Positions 8,569 through 17,938 of a stretch of 37,071 bases of DNA are shown one piece after another. The notes beneath the pieces were generated by a model. That model made no database searches, was not told where the DNA came from, and worked only from the letters and a program-made list of their open reading frames with translations. The stretch is from a virus. Taxonomy: Duplodnaviria; Caudoviricetes. The stretch covers positions 1 to 37,071 of the IMG/VR virus record IMGVR_UViG_3300032212_000078. The stretch is one strand, 5' to 3'. A program made the translations under genes and the position numbers. Numbering within the stretch: the first letter of the stretch is position 1; every line of letters begins with the position of its first letter.

Positions 8569-9263
8569 ATATCCCGTGCCCACATTGCCACACGCCCATC
8601 AACATAGAGGCTGCCAGCGAAGATGACAGCGCGCGCCAATTGTTCGGGGTACTGTCAAAAGAGATTACGCCCGCGATGGTCGCCTACCTCGGCCTGTTCA
8701 AACCACGCAAACAAGCACTACGCTGGAGCCGCGCGTATCTGCTTGCAAACACAGCACTAGCGCTCTGTGATGACCCTGCGCTGTTAAACTTTGCAATGGT
8801 TGAAACGGTGGAGTCAATGCGAGAGCGCCGCCAACAGGCAAGCTGGAAGCCGCTCACGAATCATAATTACTTAAGCAGCGTTATCAACTCAATTGCCTCC
8901 CGTGGCGAAACAACGCATTCAACGGCGATTAAATCACCATTAACGGGCAGCTCTAAAACAGCGCAATCAATTGAAATATTAAAAGGGTTGACCGCACCGC
9001 GTGATATTCCAGAGTGGTTTACCCGCGTGGTGTGTGATGCCCATATCGACATGCTATTACTCGGCCTGGATAACACCCCCGCGAGTGATGTCATGGAGAT
9101 GGCCGCCACCCGATTCATAAAAGAGCTGTGGCCACGCCGTGAATGGGTAGCTACCTCTCGTGAGCTTGGGGCTAATAAGTTGCGCAAATCCATCACGGAC
9201 GAAGCAGAAAGAAACCGCCGCTGGCCAACACCCAAAGCAGTTCTCGAGCATATCCAGCGATGA
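8565..9263 (+). CDS. Hypothetical protein of Mu-like phages (N-terminal CxxC)
   Basis: CPHC, YLGLFKPRKQALRWSR, PLTNHNYL, ATGA coupling on both sides. Confidence 0.8.
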   Translation: MNIPCPHCHTPINIEAASEDDSARQLFGVLSKEITPAMVAYLGLFKPRKQALRWSRAYLLANTALALCDDPALLNFAMVETVESMRERRQQASWKPLTNHNYLSSVINSIASRGETTHSTAIKSPLTGSSKTAQSIEILKGLTAPRDIPEWFTRVVCDAHIDMLLLGLDNTPASDVMEMAATRFIKELWPRREWVATSRELGANKLRKSITDEAERNRRWPTPKAVLEHIQR

Positions 9264-9679
9264 GCGATCACCTGCCCCTCTATCTGTTACCGGATTCGAT
9301 TCACGAATTAATCAGCGTGATCGATGTACCGCTCACGCTGGTACTCATCCGTGCGCGTGCAGGCCGTCAGGTATCGATGCCAACAGACCCAAAACTCAGC
9401 CCATGGCTAGTTGAATTACTCGGCATAGATGCCGTCACAAAATTAAGCGCGCACTATAACGGCCAAAAAATTGATATACCGCGCTGCGTTGCCGCCATGC
9501 GAGCGGTGCGAGACCAGGCAATCTATGCAGATAGACAAGCCGGGGAAACGCTAGGTGCACTCGCATCAAAATATGATTTCACCGAGCGCGGCATACGCAA
9601 TGTATTAAAACGTGCGACACAAGCGATTGAGGCCGATGGAACCATAGGCATTGAAAACCCACAGGCATCACTGTTTTAA
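9260..9679 (+). CDS. Mor/C-family transcription activator
   Basis: LPDS..ELI.VI, YNGQKIDIPRC, RDQAIY, C-terminal HTH LASKYDFTERGIRNVL. Last gene before the late operon. Confidence 0.9.
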   Translation: MSDHLPLYLLPDSIHELISVIDVPLTLVLIRARAGRQVSMPTDPKLSPWLVELLGIDAVTKLSAHYNGQKIDIPRCVAAMRAVRDQAIYADRQAGETLGALASKYDFTERGIRNVLKRATQAIEADGTIGIENPQASLF

Positions 9680-9731
9680 TCACTTGCTCGATTAAGTTTT
9701 TACCGGTAACTTAATAAAAGCAATACACCTC

Positions 9732-9786
9732 CAAGCCGGAACGCCTTCCTCGCTACAGTGCCACTGCTTATATCTATGATCCAGAT
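9732..9786 (+). promoter_or_regulatory. Late promoter 1 (Plys-like): activator dyad plus -10
   Basis: CAAGCCGGAACGCCTTCC...CTACAG, TATGAT at 9775-9780, no -35. Repeated with identical spacing at 19832. Confidence 0.8.
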
Positions 9787-10278
9787 ATGAGCCGCATACT
9801 CCTACCTGCTAACGTTAACGAAATTATCATCCACTGTTCAGCTACGCCCAACGGGCGCTGGCACAAGGCGGAAGATGTTGATCGCTGGCACGCCGAACGA
9901 AACTTTAAACGAGCCCCACGCCTAATCGGCCATAACGCACAGCACATGCCGCACATTGGCTATCACTTTGTTGTGCCCACGTCAGGTGCCGTTCAAGCGT
10001 GCCGTGGCATCCGTGAAGCAGGCGCACATGTGCGTGGTCATAACCATAAATCAATTGCCATCTGTTTAATTGGTACAGATCAATACACCAAAGAGCAATG
10101 GCACGCGTTACGCGTGTTAACCATTGGCATGAAGAGCCGTTTTAAAGGCGCGCGCGTGATTGGTCATAACCAAATTAATAAAGGTAAGACCTGTCCGGGG
10201 TTCGATGTGCAGGCATGGCTGGCTGGGAAAATGGCCGCGCCCGATGGTCATCTACTATCTGAAGATGAGTCGGAATAA
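9787..10278 (+). CDS. Endolysin, N-acetylmuramoyl-L-alanine amidase (T7 lysozyme-like)
   Basis: IIIHCSAT, IGYHFV, GAHVRGHN, VIGH, KTCPGF. Confidence 0.95.
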   Translation: MSRILLPANVNEIIIHCSATPNGRWHKAEDVDRWHAERNFKRAPRLIGHNAQHMPHIGYHFVVPTSGAVQACRGIREAGAHVRGHNHKSIAICLIGTDQYTKEQWHALRVLTIGMKSRFKGARVIGHNQINKGKTCPGFDVQAWLAGKMAAPDGHLLSEDESE

Positions 10279-10346
10279 TTGCTCATCTGCATGATAAAAA
10301 TCGGGATTGTAACCGTCAGTACAATAAAACTATAGAGGATTAGATT

Positions 10347-10979
10347 ATGGGCGCAAAATCAAACGCACTCGAAAATGCACTTATCGATTTCTGGCTGCGA
10401 GGGCAATCGCTGGTGCCGCCAGCAACTACTTACATCAAATTGATCGTCTGTAATGGCGTCCATGCTGTTGGTACACCTCTAACGCTAAACGACTTAATAG
10501 CTGTGCAGGACGATAGCAATAAATGGCGGCTCTACATGGTCACAACTGCGGGAACTACGGCAGGTGTTAAGCCATCGTACCCAGGGGTTAACAATGAAGT
10601 GATTGCCGATGGCAGTGCTGTGCTCACTCAGCAAAATGCCGGGCTTGAAAGTGGCGCGTCGATCTCGACACCTGTAGGCAATGGATATGCAAACGCTGCG
10701 GTAGTATCGAATATGGCTAACTGGGCAGGGACTCACGGTGCGGACACTACCACTGTTTCGACCGGTGTCGGCGCAACTACAAGTAACAATGCGCCCGTTG
10801 CTTTCCCTAACCCGACAGGCGACTGGGGTTGGGTATTCGGATTTTTAATTGATGACACCGATGTATCACTCGGTAGGTACCTATGGTCAGAATTCCAGGG
10901 CGGGCCTGTACAAATAGTAAGCGCAGCTACGAACGTCCAGTTTAATAATGGGCAGTTGTCTTACCAAGAAGATAATTAG
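10347..10979 (+). CDS. Putative accessory fibre subunit
   Basis: SNALENALIDFWLRGQ...PATTY, NNAPVAFPNPTGDWG, inserted YMVTTAGTTAG.KPSYP...DG module, GAGG RBS. Confidence 0.6.
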   Translation: MGAKSNALENALIDFWLRGQSLVPPATTYIKLIVCNGVHAVGTPLTLNDLIAVQDDSNKWRLYMVTTAGTTAGVKPSYPGVNNEVIADGSAVLTQQNAGLESGASISTPVGNGYANAAVVSNMANWAGTHGADTTTVSTGVGATTSNNAPVAFPNPTGDWGWVFGFLIDDTDVSLGRYLWSEFQGGPVQIVSAATNVQFNNGQLSYQEDN

Positions 10980-10990
10980 ATTTTATCGCC

Positions 10991-12904
10991 ATGGCTGGAG
11001 CTGTAATATCAGGTACTAACACTGCGTCACTGCACAACGTGGGCGGCGGCAAGCAGTACGCGGGCAAAGACTTTACCCGCCACTGGCTTAACACTGCGTC
11101 GGGTGAGTACGACGGTCTCCTCCCGAAAACAAACGGCACATCAGAGGATCATTACGTCTGTAAAAACATTACCGGTACTCCCGTTTTCACAAATTTGCAA
11201 ATGGAAAACAGGAGTTCTGGACGGCCAGATGTATACTGGGATGACCCGGCGAAAATACTCTATTGTCTTGGCCCTCACAATTCGACGGTCAGGTTTTGGT
11301 CAGCGTTCTACGATGACCAAACTGGTGATTATTCCCCGCTTGTAGGCACTGCGGGCGCTGGCGGTATAACCGTGCCGGGTCTGTCGCGGTCTACTTACGA
11401 CATGACTCTGAGTCTGACAAAGTCCCCGAACGGGTACCTTTGGGCGTTTGAGTTAGACGGCACTGGACTAAAAGTCCAGCGGTCAACCAATGGTGGCGCT
11501 ACGTGGCTAGCGGATCGCGTCAAGATAGCCGATAACAATGGCCATGGCTCGGTCAGTAGCTGCTGGTTTACTCATAATGGTACTAATTACGTTTGCGTGT
11601 TTTGCGCAGAAGATGGAGCGGTAGGCGGCGCTACGCAATACTTTTACGTCATCGACGAAGACGCTGATATAACAAATCTTACAAACTGGATAAATGAAAG
11701 CGACGACATACCCGCGCTTGATGCCGGGGTAGTCGCCGACAACCATGTCACTATGGCTCGATCTAGCGATCATACTTTATACATCGGTTATAAAGATGAT
11801 GCCGACGCGATTAAATTAGTCACACGCACCGCTGCGGGTACGTGGGCAGGGTCTTATGAAGCATGGGCACCTGCTGACAATAAAACGCGTCCTGCGCTGC
11901 TCGTTAAGAAGATTGACAGCTCAACTGACGAAGAGCTGATGATCGTTGTTAATACAACGAGCGACGGGCCGACTGTTGTCTATAAAACATCGCCATTAGA
12001 CACGATATTGTTTTCATCAGAGGTGGTATTGTTTGAGGATACAGCAGGGTCGGACGTGTTCAACGACTCGATGACGCACCAGGGTGATTTCATAGCATCA
12101 TCAGATAGCGGCGTAGTCGTGATCGCCGAAAACGTGACCGACACCGAAATGTGGGTTAATACAATAAGCATTGCGCCACCGGTGAATTCATCAATCCCGT
12201 TGGTCGGTGCAGCGATTACTCTCGCAACCGCCGCGGGCACTGTTGCAGCGAGCATCCCAATCGAGGGCGCAGCGGCAACTGTAAGCAGCGCAAGCGGTGG
12301 TCTATCTGTAGCTGTCAACATCAACGGTGCGGCGGTTGCTGAGGCTATCGGTGCAGCGGCAATGACATCTGATATGGGTGTTTCGGGTGCCGCGGTTGCA
12401 GCCGCGATAGCAAGCGGTGGTTTGTCAATCAACCTTGGTTTAGAGGGTAACGCAGTCGCAGCCGCAAGCGCTACGGCGGATCTATCATCTAGTGATGCTG
12501 CATCGGTGCCATTATCTGGCGACGCAACTGCAAGCGCGAGCGCGTCGGCGTCATCCTCGATGGATATACCAATCAGTGGCGCGGCAATATCAACAAGCGG
12601 CGCAGCTGGCGGATTGGGCGCAATCTTCCCTGTCAGTGGTAGTGCCGCATCGGTAACAGCGGCGGTCGGGGCATTAAATATAGGTTTTAATCTTGCTGCA
12701 AACGCTAGCGCTGATGCGTTAGCGGGGGGGGATATCAAAATTAGTTTTGATATTGATGGTGCTGCCGTTGCGCGGGCGTCCGCCTCTGGGGCGCTGAGTT
12801 TGGGTGGAACACATCATTTGCCACCGCCAGAGCGCCTTGAAATTATTTATTACGAAGAGCGAATGGAAACCATCCCGTACGAACATAGGATTACGGCGGC
12901 ATGA
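10991..12904 (+). CDS. Fibre-like protein: N-terminal Asp-box (sialidase/BNR-like) propeller plus ten 20-aa Ala/Gly repeats
   Basis: Asp-box STNGGATW at 11483; repeats from aa 402. Confidence 0.65.
   Translation: MAGAVISGTNTASLHNVGGGKQYAGKDFTRHWLNTASGEYDGLLPKTNGTSEDHYVCKNITGTPVFTNLQMENRSSGRPDVYWDDPAKILYCLGPHNSTVRFWSAFYDDQTGDYSPLVGTAGAGGITVPGLSRSTYDMTLSLTKSPNGYLWAFELDGTGLKVQRSTNGGATWLADRVKIADNNGHGSVSSCWFTHNGTNYVCVFCAEDGAVGGATQYFYVIDEDADITNLTNWINESDDIPALDAGVVADNHVTMARSSDHTLYIGYKDDADAIKLVTRTAAGTWAGSYEAWAPADNKTRPALLVKKIDSSTDEELMIVVNTTSDGPTVVYKTSPLDTILFSSEVVLFEDTAGSDVFNDSMTHQGDFIASSDSGVVVIAENVTDTEMWVNTISIAPPVNSSIPLVGAAITLATAAGTVAASIPIEGAAATVSSASGGLSVAVNINGAAVAEAIGAAAMTSDMGVSGAAVAAAIASGGLSINLGLEGNAVAAASATADLSSSDAASVPLSGDATASASASASSSMDIPISGAAISTSGAAGGLGAIFPVSGSAASVTAAVGALNIGFNLAANASADALAGGDIKISFDIDGAAVARASASGALSLGGTHHLPPPERLEIIYYEERMETIPYEHRITAA
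12194..12806 (+). repeat. Ten degenerate ~60-bp (20-aa) coding repeats
   Basis: IPLVGAAITLATAAGTVAAS / IPIEGAAATVSSASGGLSVA / ... / FDIDGAAVARASASGALSLG. Confidence 0.8.
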
Positions 12905-13179
12905 GGCCATACAGTATTACGCTGGGTGGAGAGCTGGACTTTGGAAAGGATATCACTCAGTGGTTAAATGGCGACACGATCACAGGCGTGACGTGGTCTA
13001 TTTCACCCGAGTTTGACCTGGTTAACCCTACCTTTGATTCAGCATCATTTGTCGCGTTCGTTAGGCCAAATGGCGCAGCCGTCGTCGGTAGTGTCTGCAT
13101 CTTAACCGCGTCAATACTAACGGCAGCGGGTCGAAGGGATCAGCGAACCATTTCAATAACAGTTACAAAGTATCGATAA
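12901..13179 (+). CDS. Putative fibre adaptor protein
   Basis: LDFGKDITQWLNGDTITGVTW...TAAGRRDQRTISI, ATGA coupling to the fibre gene. Confidence 0.6.
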   Translation: MRPYSITLGGELDFGKDITQWLNGDTITGVTWSISPEFDLVNPTFDSASFVAFVRPNGAAVVGSVCILTASILTAAGRRDQRTISITVTKYR

Positions 13180-13191
13180 CGGAGATCGTCA

Positions 13192-13533
13192 GTGAGCGAC
13201 ACTATTAATTTTTCAGGGGCTAGTTTCTGGCTGGATGCAGCGCTTGCAGTATGGCTCATTGGAACATCTGTTTTCGTTTGGGTATCGAATAAACGAAAAG
13301 CAAACCAGGATGAGATCGATCAACTAAACAAGCGAACGCGTGATGCCGAAGATCGCGTATTGAAACTTGAGTCTATTAATGAATACCAGCCAGGCAATAG
13401 AGAAATTGGTGAGATACATAGTCGAGTAGATCAGCTTGGCCAGGGATTGCAGAATGTTGAAGGGCAAATGATTCAAATAAATAACACGATGAACAATATC
13501 AATCAGCACCTACTGGAAAGGGGGAAACAATGA
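13192..13533 (+). CDS. Mu gp25-like (DUF2730) single-TM coiled-coil protein
   Basis: N-terminal TM, coiled coil RVLKLES...P, ends HLLE, immediately before gp26/gp27. Confidence 0.8.
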   Translation: MSDTINFSGASFWLDAALAVWLIGTSVFVWVSNKRKANQDEIDQLNKRTRDAEDRVLKLESINEYQPGNREIGEIHSRVDQLGQGLQNVEGQMIQINNTMNNINQHLLERGKQ

Positions 13534-13823
13534 GCTTATCTAGGATCGTGTCCGAAGATCAGCGCCTTATCATCCTGCGGGTGCTAAGTGAAGATGCTGG
13601 CTATAGCCACAATGAATATGTAATCCAGGCAGCGCTGGCCCAACTCGGTCATCACGTTAGTGGCGATGTCGTGAAAACACAAATTGCATGGCTAGAAGAA
13701 CAAGATCTACTTACCACTGAGGATAATGGCGTATTGATTGCAACACTCAGCACGCGTGGTGATGATGTCGCACATGGCCGCGCCACCGTGCCGGGTGTTA
13801 AGCGCCCTCGCCCTGGGGCGTAA
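13530..13823 (+). CDS. Mu gp26-like protein
   Basis: EDQRLIILRVL...WLEEQDL...RGDDVAHGRATVPGVKRP. Confidence 0.9.
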   Translation: MSLSRIVSEDQRLIILRVLSEDAGYSHNEYVIQAALAQLGHHVSGDVVKTQIAWLEEQDLLTTEDNGVLIATLSTRGDDVAHGRATVPGVKRPRPGA

Positions 13824-13824
13824 C

Positions 13825-14388
13825 ATGGCTCGCCCATCAACCATAGCCAAACTTGCCCCAGATGTGCTGGCCAAGCTTCAGGAGCTATTAAGAGACCCGC
13901 GCATCTCTCAGCTTGAGGTAACGCAACAGGTTAACGATTTACTGCTATCACTGGGCGAACAACCGATCAGTAAATCAGCAGTTAACCGCTATTCAATGCG
14001 CATGGAAAAGGTCGGTGAAAAACTCCGACAGTCGCGTGAAGTCTCTAAGATGTGGATCAATGAACTTGGTGCCGCCCCGCAAGGTGATGTGGGTAATCTC
14101 GTAAATGAAATCCTGCGCACGGTGGCCTTTGATCTATCGATGAAGCTGCATGATATTGATGACCCTGATCAAATGCCCGGCGTGATCAAAATGTTAAAAG
14201 AGTTATCGCTGTCAGTAATGCGGTTAGAGGTCGCATCATCTGAAAATGTTAAGCGTGAAAAAGATATCAGAGACCAGGAGCGCGAAACCGCAGCCGAAAC
14301 AGCGGCAACCATTGCGCGCAAAGGTGGCGCAACAAAAGAGACCATCGAAAACATTAAGGCCGGTATTCTTGGTGTGAGCCGTGACTGA
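13825..14388 (+). CDS. Mu gp27-like (DUF3486) terminase small subunit
   Basis: MARPSTIAKL...ISKSAVNRY, ends ILG. True start is ATG 13825. Confidence 0.9.
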   Translation: MARPSTIAKLAPDVLAKLQELLRDPRISQLEVTQQVNDLLLSLGEQPISKSAVNRYSMRMEKVGEKLRQSREVSKMWINELGAAPQGDVGNLVNEILRTVAFDLSMKLHDIDDPDQMPGVIKMLKELSLSVMRLEVASSENVKREKDIRDQERETAAETAATIARKGGATKETIENIKAGILGVSRD

Positions 14389-15943
14389 TAGCCTGCTAAT
14401 TCCCAATACGGCAGGCCACCCCATTAATGGCGATCTGCCTACGGTATTGTTGCCCTACCAGCAACGATGGATAGCGGACGACTCACAACTTAAGATTGGC
14501 GAGAAGTCTCGCCGTATCGGCCTTACCTGGGCAGAGGCAGCGGATAATGTATTAACCGCGATGTCGGACAAATCCGCAGGCGGTCAAAATGTTTATTACA
14601 TCGGCTATAACCAGGACATGGGGCTGGAGTACATCGAAGCCTGCGCGATGTGGGCCAAGGCCTTTAATTATGCCGCGAGTGAAATAGAAGAAGGTATCTG
14701 GGAAGAAGACCAGGAAGACAAGCACATAAAAACCTATACCATCAAGTTTCCAAAATCGAATCACCGTATCGTTGCGCTATCATCGCGCCCCGCAAACCTT
14801 CGCGGTAAACAAGGTGTTATCGTAATCGATGAGGCCGCATTCCACGACAAGCTCGGTGAATTGTTAAAGGCTGCATTAGCGCTGTTAATCTGGGGCGGTA
14901 AGGTGCGCGTTATCTCCACGCATGATGGCGAAGACAATCCATTTTGTGAATTGGTTACCGAAATAAAAAACGGCACTCGTAAAGGTAGCGTCCACCGCAC
15001 CACTTTCAAAGAGGCCGTCGAACAGGGGCTATATGAGCGCGTCTGTTTACGCCTTGATAAACCCTATAGCAAAGCAGGCGAGGAAAAATGGATAGCCGAG
15101 GTTTATGACTTCTATGGCGATGATGCCGTCGAAGAGCTAGACGTCACGCCCAAGTCAGGTAGCGGTAGTTATATCCCGTCGATACTCATCGAGCCGGCAA
15201 TGTACGACGCGCCTATTTTACGGCTTGAGTATGATGATGCCTTCGCTGCAATGGCGGAAAACCTACGCCGTATTGATACCGATGAGTGGATTAAAAAAGA
15301 ATTAGACCCGTTACTCAAAGGCCTCAACGGTAAGATGTTGCATACCTACGGGCAGGATTTCGCGCGCAAAGGTCACCTATCTGTCATCTCACCGATGATG
15401 ATCGCTGAAAACCTAGTGCGCTGGGTGCCGTTTATTATTGAAATGCGCAACGTACCCACCAGGCAACAAGAGCAAATCCTGTGGCACATCATAGAACACC
15501 TGCCACGCTTTCAGTCAGGCGCAATGGATGCAACCGGTAATGGTGAAACGCTAGCTGAATACACGATGGATAAGTACGGCACTAAAATCGAATGCGTAAA
15601 GCTCAGTGAAAAGTTTTACAGCGCCAACATGACAACCTTTAAGGCGGCCTTCGAAGATGGCCTGATTAAAATCCCGCGCAGTGTCGATGTACGTCGAGAC
15701 CTGCGCTCAATTTCATTAGTGAAGGGTGTGCCGAAGATTGATAAGGATGGCGAGTACGACGGCAGCGACGGCAAGAAGCGTCACGCCGATAGTGCGGTGG
15801 CATTGTTCCTTGCCTATTTCGCCACCTTAATGGACGTTGAAATATTCGACTATCACCGCGTAGAGAAAACACACAACCCCAAACAAGACCAAGACCCGCA
15901 CGCCGTGCGCACCACCGCAGGCTTTACACGAGGTATGCTGTAA
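14381..15943 (+). CDS. Terminase large subunit (Mu gp28-like)
   Basis: LLPYQQRW, EKSRRIGLTW, VIDEAAFH, ISTHDG, GQDFAR, DATGNG, HADSA. Confidence 0.95.
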   Translation: MTDSLLIPNTAGHPINGDLPTVLLPYQQRWIADDSQLKIGEKSRRIGLTWAEAADNVLTAMSDKSAGGQNVYYIGYNQDMGLEYIEACAMWAKAFNYAASEIEEGIWEEDQEDKHIKTYTIKFPKSNHRIVALSSRPANLRGKQGVIVIDEAAFHDKLGELLKAALALLIWGGKVRVISTHDGEDNPFCELVTEIKNGTRKGSVHRTTFKEAVEQGLYERVCLRLDKPYSKAGEEKWIAEVYDFYGDDAVEELDVTPKSGSGSYIPSILIEPAMYDAPILRLEYDDAFAAMAENLRRIDTDEWIKKELDPLLKGLNGKMLHTYGQDFARKGHLSVISPMMIAENLVRWVPFIIEMRNVPTRQQEQILWHIIEHLPRFQSGAMDATGNGETLAEYTMDKYGTKIECVKLSEKFYSANMTTFKAAFEDGLIKIPRSVDVRRDLRSISLVKGVPKIDKDGEYDGSDGKKRHADSAVALFLAYFATLMDVEIFDYHRVEKTHNPKQDQDPHAVRTTAGFTRGML

Positions 15944-17559
15944 TGGAAAAACAAACGATCACCGATCGCCTCACGGGTAAAAGCGTTAATAAAAGCGGGT
16001 TATCAAAACCCATCGCTGTCAGTGTAACCGGCACAAATCGCCGCTGGGATGAAGAGTCAGTCGCGTCAGGCCTGACCCCTTATCGCCTCGCAAATATTTT
16101 ACGCGATGCCGCTAGTGGTGATGCCACCGCATACCTGACACTTGCTGAAGAGATGGAAGAGCGAGACCCGCACTATGCATCAGTGCTTGGCACCCGTAAG
16201 CGTGCCATCTCGGGTGTCGCGCGCACGGTAGAAGCCGCCAGCGATGATAAAAAAGATGTGGAACTTGCCGATGAAATCCGCGAGCTGTTGCGTGACCCCG
16301 AGTTTGGCTTTGCAGTAGACGACCTGCTCGATGGCCTGGGTAAAGGCTATAGCGCCATTGAGATGAACTGGGATACCAGTAAGGCACCGTGGGCACCTCG
16401 CTCACGGGCTGAAAATATCGAAGGTACCTGGACGGAAGTCGAGGGCTACGCCTGGCGTGATCCACGTTTCTTTAAATTTGATAAGAACAACACGCGCAAA
16501 CTCTGCCTAAAAGCAGAAGACGGCACCGCGACACCATTACCAGGCAATCGCTTTATCACCCATGTACCGCGCTTAAAATCTGGCGCGCCGATCCGTGGTG
16601 GACTGGCGCGACTGGTCGCGGTGGCCTACATGTGCAAAAGCTATACGATCACCGATTGGCTCGCCTTTGCTGAGGTGTTTGGTATGCCGCTGCGTATTGG
16701 GCGTTACGGTACCACCGCAAAACCAGAAGACATTCGCAAGCTGATTAACGCCGTCGCTAATATCGGCAGTGATGCAGCGGCAGTGATACCCGATTCAATG
16801 CGCATCGACTTTGAAGAGTCTGGCACGCAAAGCGGCGGCGACAAGATATTTAAAGGCTTGGCGGAATACCTGGATAAACTCATCTCGAAAGCCGTGCTCG
16901 GTCAAGTCGGCAGCACCGAAGGCACACCAGGCCAACTCGGCGGCAATGACGCACAGGACGAAGTGCGCCAGGATATTTTAAAGGCCGATGTAAAGCAGCT
17001 TGAATACACTCTGAATCGCGACCTGGTTAAACCGTATGTCGATTTTAATCACGGTGTTCAGGAGCGTTACCCAGCGATTCAGATTCAGGTACTCGAACCG
17101 GAAGACATGGAAGCGCTGGTTAATGCGCTTGAAAAACTGGTGCCACTCGGTCTACGTGTTGAAAAATCGGTGATCAATGACAAGCTTGGCATTCCCGATG
17201 CCCCTGACGATGCCGAGGTGTTGCAAGCAGCTGCACTCACTACGTCACCGATCGCCACCGATGCCAACCGCGCCTGCGCTAGTTGCGGTCAACACCACGG
17301 CACCGCATTGAACCGAGCGCAAGCAGAACAAGACGAAATAGACCGCCTCGCCGATATCGCGGGTGATGGTTGGGCGCAACAGCTAGCGCCGATCATCGAT
17401 CCGATTCAACGGCTGGCGGATGAATCCGAAAATTACCAGGACTTTATCGATGGCTTGCCGGGTTTACTTGAAGAGATGGATAGCAGCGAGCTGGTCAGGC
17501 AGTTAGCCATTCAAACATTCAAGGCGCGTGGCCTCGGTGATGCAACAGATAAAACATAG
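15943..17559 (+). CDS. Portal protein (Mu gp29/H, DUF935)
   Basis: GLTP.RLA.IL, EEMEERD, FAEVFGMPLRIGRY, ISKAVLGQ. Confidence 0.95.
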   Translation: MEKQTITDRLTGKSVNKSGLSKPIAVSVTGTNRRWDEESVASGLTPYRLANILRDAASGDATAYLTLAEEMEERDPHYASVLGTRKRAISGVARTVEAASDDKKDVELADEIRELLRDPEFGFAVDDLLDGLGKGYSAIEMNWDTSKAPWAPRSRAENIEGTWTEVEGYAWRDPRFFKFDKNNTRKLCLKAEDGTATPLPGNRFITHVPRLKSGAPIRGGLARLVAVAYMCKSYTITDWLAFAEVFGMPLRIGRYGTTAKPEDIRKLINAVANIGSDAAAVIPDSMRIDFEESGTQSGGDKIFKGLAEYLDKLISKAVLGQVGSTEGTPGQLGGNDAQDEVRQDILKADVKQLEYTLNRDLVKPYVDFNHGVQERYPAIQIQVLEPEDMEALVNALEKLVPLGLRVEKSVINDKLGIPDAPDDAEVLQAAALTTSPIATDANRACASCGQHHGTALNRAQAEQDEIDRLADIAGDGWAQQLAPIIDPIQRLADESENYQDFIDGLPGLLEEMDSSELVRQLAIQTFKARGLGDATDKT

Positions 17560-17568
17560 GAGTTCATT

Positions 17569-17931
17569 ATGAGTGAGGCAAGGTTTAGCAACACCGTCAA
17601 AACAGAATGGTTAGATGGTAATAAACGCGAAATGCGTTTACTTGAAGAGGTTTTTTTTGATGATGGTAAGGGTGGCATCTGGACGGCCGAAAGTGGCGAC
17701 ATAATCGATGGTGCCAGTATTCCAAAGTTTCTCTGGCATATTGTGGGTTCGCCGTTCGTTGGTAAATACCGCCGCGCCTCTGTGCTGCATGATGTCTACT
17801 GCAAAAACAAAAAGGTAAACAGCGCGGCCGTTCATCGTATGTTTTGTGATGCCATGTGTTGTGATGACGTAACAGAAACAAAAGCAAAATTAATGTACAA
17901 CGCCGTGCGTTGGTTTGGGCCTCGCTTTTAA
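17569..17931 (+). CDS. DUF1353 family protein
   Basis: DGASIPKFLW, ASVLHDVYC, MYNAVRWFG, AGGAG RBS. Confidence 0.85.
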   Translation: MSEARFSNTVKTEWLDGNKREMRLLEEVFFDDGKGGIWTAESGDIIDGASIPKFLWHIVGSPFVGKYRRASVLHDVYCKNKKVNSAAVHRMFCDAMCCDDVTETKAKLMYNAVRWFGPRF

Positions 17932-17938
17932 ATAATCA

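Noticed and set aside
11980-12738. 252-aa minus-strand ORF
   Set aside because: Antisense shadow of the Ala/Gly repeat region of the fibre gene
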